A program made the translations under genes and the position numbers. From assembly GCA_044892525.1 (NCBI GenBank), contig CM097885.1:32862001-32926000 (forward strand): DNA of 64,000 bases. Reading direction: 5' to 3'. Source of the DNA: Schmidtea polychroa. Taxonomy: Eukaryota. Numbering within the stretch: position 1 is the first letter of the stretch; every line of letters starts with the position of its first letter. The notes under the pieces were generated by a model, which did no database searches, was not told the origin of the DNA, and saw only the letters and a list, made by a program, of their open reading frames with translations. Of the stretch, positions 60,799 through 64,000 are shown in pieces.

Positions 60799-63700
60799 TA
60801 GGGTGGGTCGAATGTTAATAAATTTTGAGTTCAAGAAAGGAAACATGGTTAAAAAGTTGTATTTTGGTATAGAAAAATCGAATCAAACCATTTTACTTAG
60901 ATTTATGGACATTTACTGCTCACAACTTTTCTCCGAAAATGCAGTTCAACATAAGTGTGAAAACAATGTAATTTGGCTAGTGTCGGAATGTGTTTTGCGC
61001 CTTTGTCCATATTTAGATGTAGCTTTCTTAAGAGCTTATAAGTATATTATTTACTCTCTTGGGCTGAGATAGTATATTCTGTGTCCTCATCCCGCATTGA
61101 AATATATCCTGACAACGTCAGTGATTAGGAAAGGCCAAATTTGAATTATCCTTTTCAAAGACAAAAATCAACTTTCGAAATTATTTTTTATTAAAAACAT
61201 CCAGCCAAAAGTTTAGAAATGTATTAGCGAGGGCATAAAAAGAAGTCACATGAAATCAGCTTTGCTTTGCACCTTGGGCAATTCCTTCCTTGATTTTTTA
61301 CACAGTAGTACCATACCATGTCTGGACTTGTGACCAAACTCTTTGCAACTGGCAGAAGAAACATCTTTGATGGCTCTTTCAACGGCTTGAGAATGACAGG
61401 GAAATTGTTCTAATGTAATTTTCTTATTCATCTTCAATTCATGATCCAATATATGAGATAAAAGAGGGGGAGGCGTCAAATTACATTTTGTCCAGTCAAT
61501 CATGTCAACATATGATGTAGCAGACGACTGAAGAAAGACAGTATTCTTGTCCATAGTGCGAATCACTTCGGAAGTGAGAAAATTTTGTCTTGCAGTTATG
61601 ATTTTTTCTGTTGCAAACTTTCTGATTTCTTCATCATCATCACCAACAGCAGCTAGGAGTATATTTTCTGGATGTGAGAAGTAATTGTTGTTCTGAATGA
61701 CAGGAAAGATGATTTCTTGGTCTGATGGATCCAAATCCTGCAGAAGTTGGAGCATATAAAAAATATTTCTTGCACCATCTTGGCATGACGAGTGAGTCTT
61801 TATATAAAACCATGACGGTCCATAGAAATTGACAATAAATTTCACTATTCGCATGAGAGGTTCAGATGGAGCAGTTTCGGACATATATAGTCGCAGAATT
61901 CTATTAGCTTACGTTAGCCAGCGACTGTGATTCAAATTTCCTGGTTGTGCCATTTGTAGAAAAGGGACATCCTTGTTGTTGTGGTACCCTTTCTGGACTG
62001 CCAAGCATACTCTGAGGAAATACAATTGATCAGTGTTCAATTCTTTCTTGACATTTTCACTAATATCTACGACCTTTCCAGGAAGGGACAAAAAGGCTAC
62101 TACGGGCTTGTCTTTTGGATCAAAATCAAGAACGCTTCCTATTTCACCACATGACGTTTTTGGACCTTTTGTTTCTCCACCATCGACGACTGAAAAATAC
62201 TTCCTGAATGGCAATTCATTTGCATGCAACAAGCATATCAGCCATTGTAGAGGTCGCCCTAGGCTTTTTTCGAGTCTTCTGATTATTCCATTATTTTTTC
62301 CGGTGTTTGTATTGGTTCCATCGCACACAATTGCTTGAAGGGTCAGTGAGGACTGCGTGCTAACGATGATTGACATGATTTCTTTGCCAATATCCACAGC
62401 TTTACTACTTTGAGGTACAACATGATCGATATATGTATCCCCTGGAAAGGCGACAATCACATAATGCTCCTCTTTTAGGATCCTTCTATGAAGTAAGGTG
62501 GAATCTTGTTTCCCGTCGAAACCGAGGCAAATCAAGTTTTTCGCTTCTGCTGAATGCTGTTCAATTTCTCTCTCCCTCCAGTACTTTCTCTGACGCCGTA
62601 ATTTTGCGGGATCGATGATTGTTTGAGAGGATAACAGTTCCATATCTTTCAGAAAAGAGTTTACTAGCAAACACGTGTCTCTGTTGCTCACACCACATCT
62701 GTCAACAGCTTTACTTAATTCAGGATAATGTCTTCTATTTTGAAATTCATCACATTCTTCTACGCTTGACTCTGAGCTTTCTGTTGAATTGTCTAACTTA
62801 TCTTTACTTTCATCACTAGCGGCTTCACTCTCCGTGTCACTTCTTGAGGTCGGATGTAGATCGTTAACTTCAGTGTCCATTATTTCATTTTTCATTTGTT
62901 TTCCTTTTCCTGTAGGGCTGCTTTTCGTTTGTTTTCTCTTCAATTTTGAGGTTTCCTGTCTGTCCGTATTTCCGATTTTCATGTTTCTGGTAGTTTGTTG
63001 GTCAATCCAGAACTCCCACTCTAAGGTAGGAATTTTCAAGGCCAACCGGCATGTACACTGACTTCTTCCACGAGCACCATCATTAAAACATTTGCAGCAA
63101 CATATGTCAAACAATTTGGAAAACGAGCTTAACTTATCTTGAAATTTGGCAGATGACCTCTTGCATTCTGGATACTTCTCTAATTCACGCACTTTTGATA
63201 TTAGTCGCTTGACACGAACCACAATACTACTGAACTCAACAGTTGGGATACTTGCCTTCATATAAATTTCCTTCACCTTATTTGCGAGAAGAGTTGCTTG
63301 TTCGTTAAAGCCAGTATGAAATTGCGTACATTTCTCATTGTAACAGTAATCACGAAACACATCTTCACAAGTAGGTAATTGGTTTCTGGGTAGTTCACAA
63401 GTTTGACCAAACAGACAATGACGTGATTTACTTCTTGTTTTGCGAAATTGCTTATTTCTCTGTCCCTTCATAACTGCTCTTCTGTACTCAGCTCTGGCAA
63501 AATAAAAGTGAATCATCAAGTTAACTTTTTTAATTAGGTCCAGCAAACACTTGACATCCAATCGAAACAAATTAAATTATCTGAGTTTAGACTGACTAGT
63601 AGTATCCATGTGGATTATGTGTTGACTGTAGTGTGTGTGTTAGTATTGTTCAGAAGAAATTGTCTTTGTGAGTGCTTGTGTGAAGGTGCTTCCGTGAATT

Positions 63701-63970
63701 AACCTCTCTATACATGCACGCGTTAGCTTGGACTTGTGAATAGAGCATGTCAAAAATGGTCTTTCTGCAAGCGTGTGACTGCTTGCAGGATGAATTTACA
63801 ATGGCACGTGTGCGAGCATTTTTACTGGGATAGTACTAATACATACAAACAAAAGTTGGGACCTGTAAACCCTTTTAAACAGCAGTCTTTTGCAGGGATA
63901 TTTCATTTTCTAGCATAAGCACAACTTTTTAGGCATGTTTGGAGAAAAAAAAAATTTTCGACCCACCCTA
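60799..63970 (-). mobile_element. full-length hATm-type transposon
   Basis: TIR TAGGGTGGGTCGAA / TTCGACCCACCCTA; perfect 8-bp TSD GTGCACAT (60791-60798, 63971-63978). Confidence 0.93.
61246..63471 (-). pseudogene. hATm transposase interrupted by one in-frame stop at 61909-61911
   Basis: GFDGKQD, CDGTNTNTG, WLICLLHANELPF, SRWLT*ANRILRLY, YFSHPENILL, PCHSQAVER; both ORFs are in the same frame. Confidence 0.9.
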
Positions 63971-64000
63971 GTGCACATATTTGCTTATGTACCAAAGAAA

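Noticed and set aside
46553..61884. Alternative genetic code suggested by in-frame TGA/TAA/TAG in several ORFs
   Set aside because: Stops occur only in decayed elements and pseudogenes; intact host genes use TAA/TAG as normal terminators and TGG for Trp.

Overview
Very AT-rich eukaryotic (metazoan) genomic DNA with many 41-49 nt introns and dense transposon debris; the style suggests a planarian-like flatworm (inference only). Host genes: first exon of a WS/DGAT-type acyltransferase (-), an intronless linker-histone H15-domain gene (-), an intronless divergent PIM-like kinase (-), a 3-exon Cu/Zn SOD (-), a 4-exon casein kinase I (+), and the 3' six exons of PDE2A (-, 35378-57073), plus HSP90 and epoxide hydrolase pseudogene fragments. 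Mobile DNA includes many hAT relics and MITEs, a near-intact hATm element with 8-bp TSD, Tc1/mariner and pogo elements, piggyBac-like MITEs, Penelope-like fragments with minimal hammerhead ribozymes, and two short LTR elements with TSDs that lack RT. The most unusual structure is a miniature Maverick/Polinton-like element (15315-17889, 6-bp TSD) with a doubled right terminus that encloses a near-identical 1.36-kb copy of DNA located 6 kb upstream. All family assignments are by eye, without database searches.
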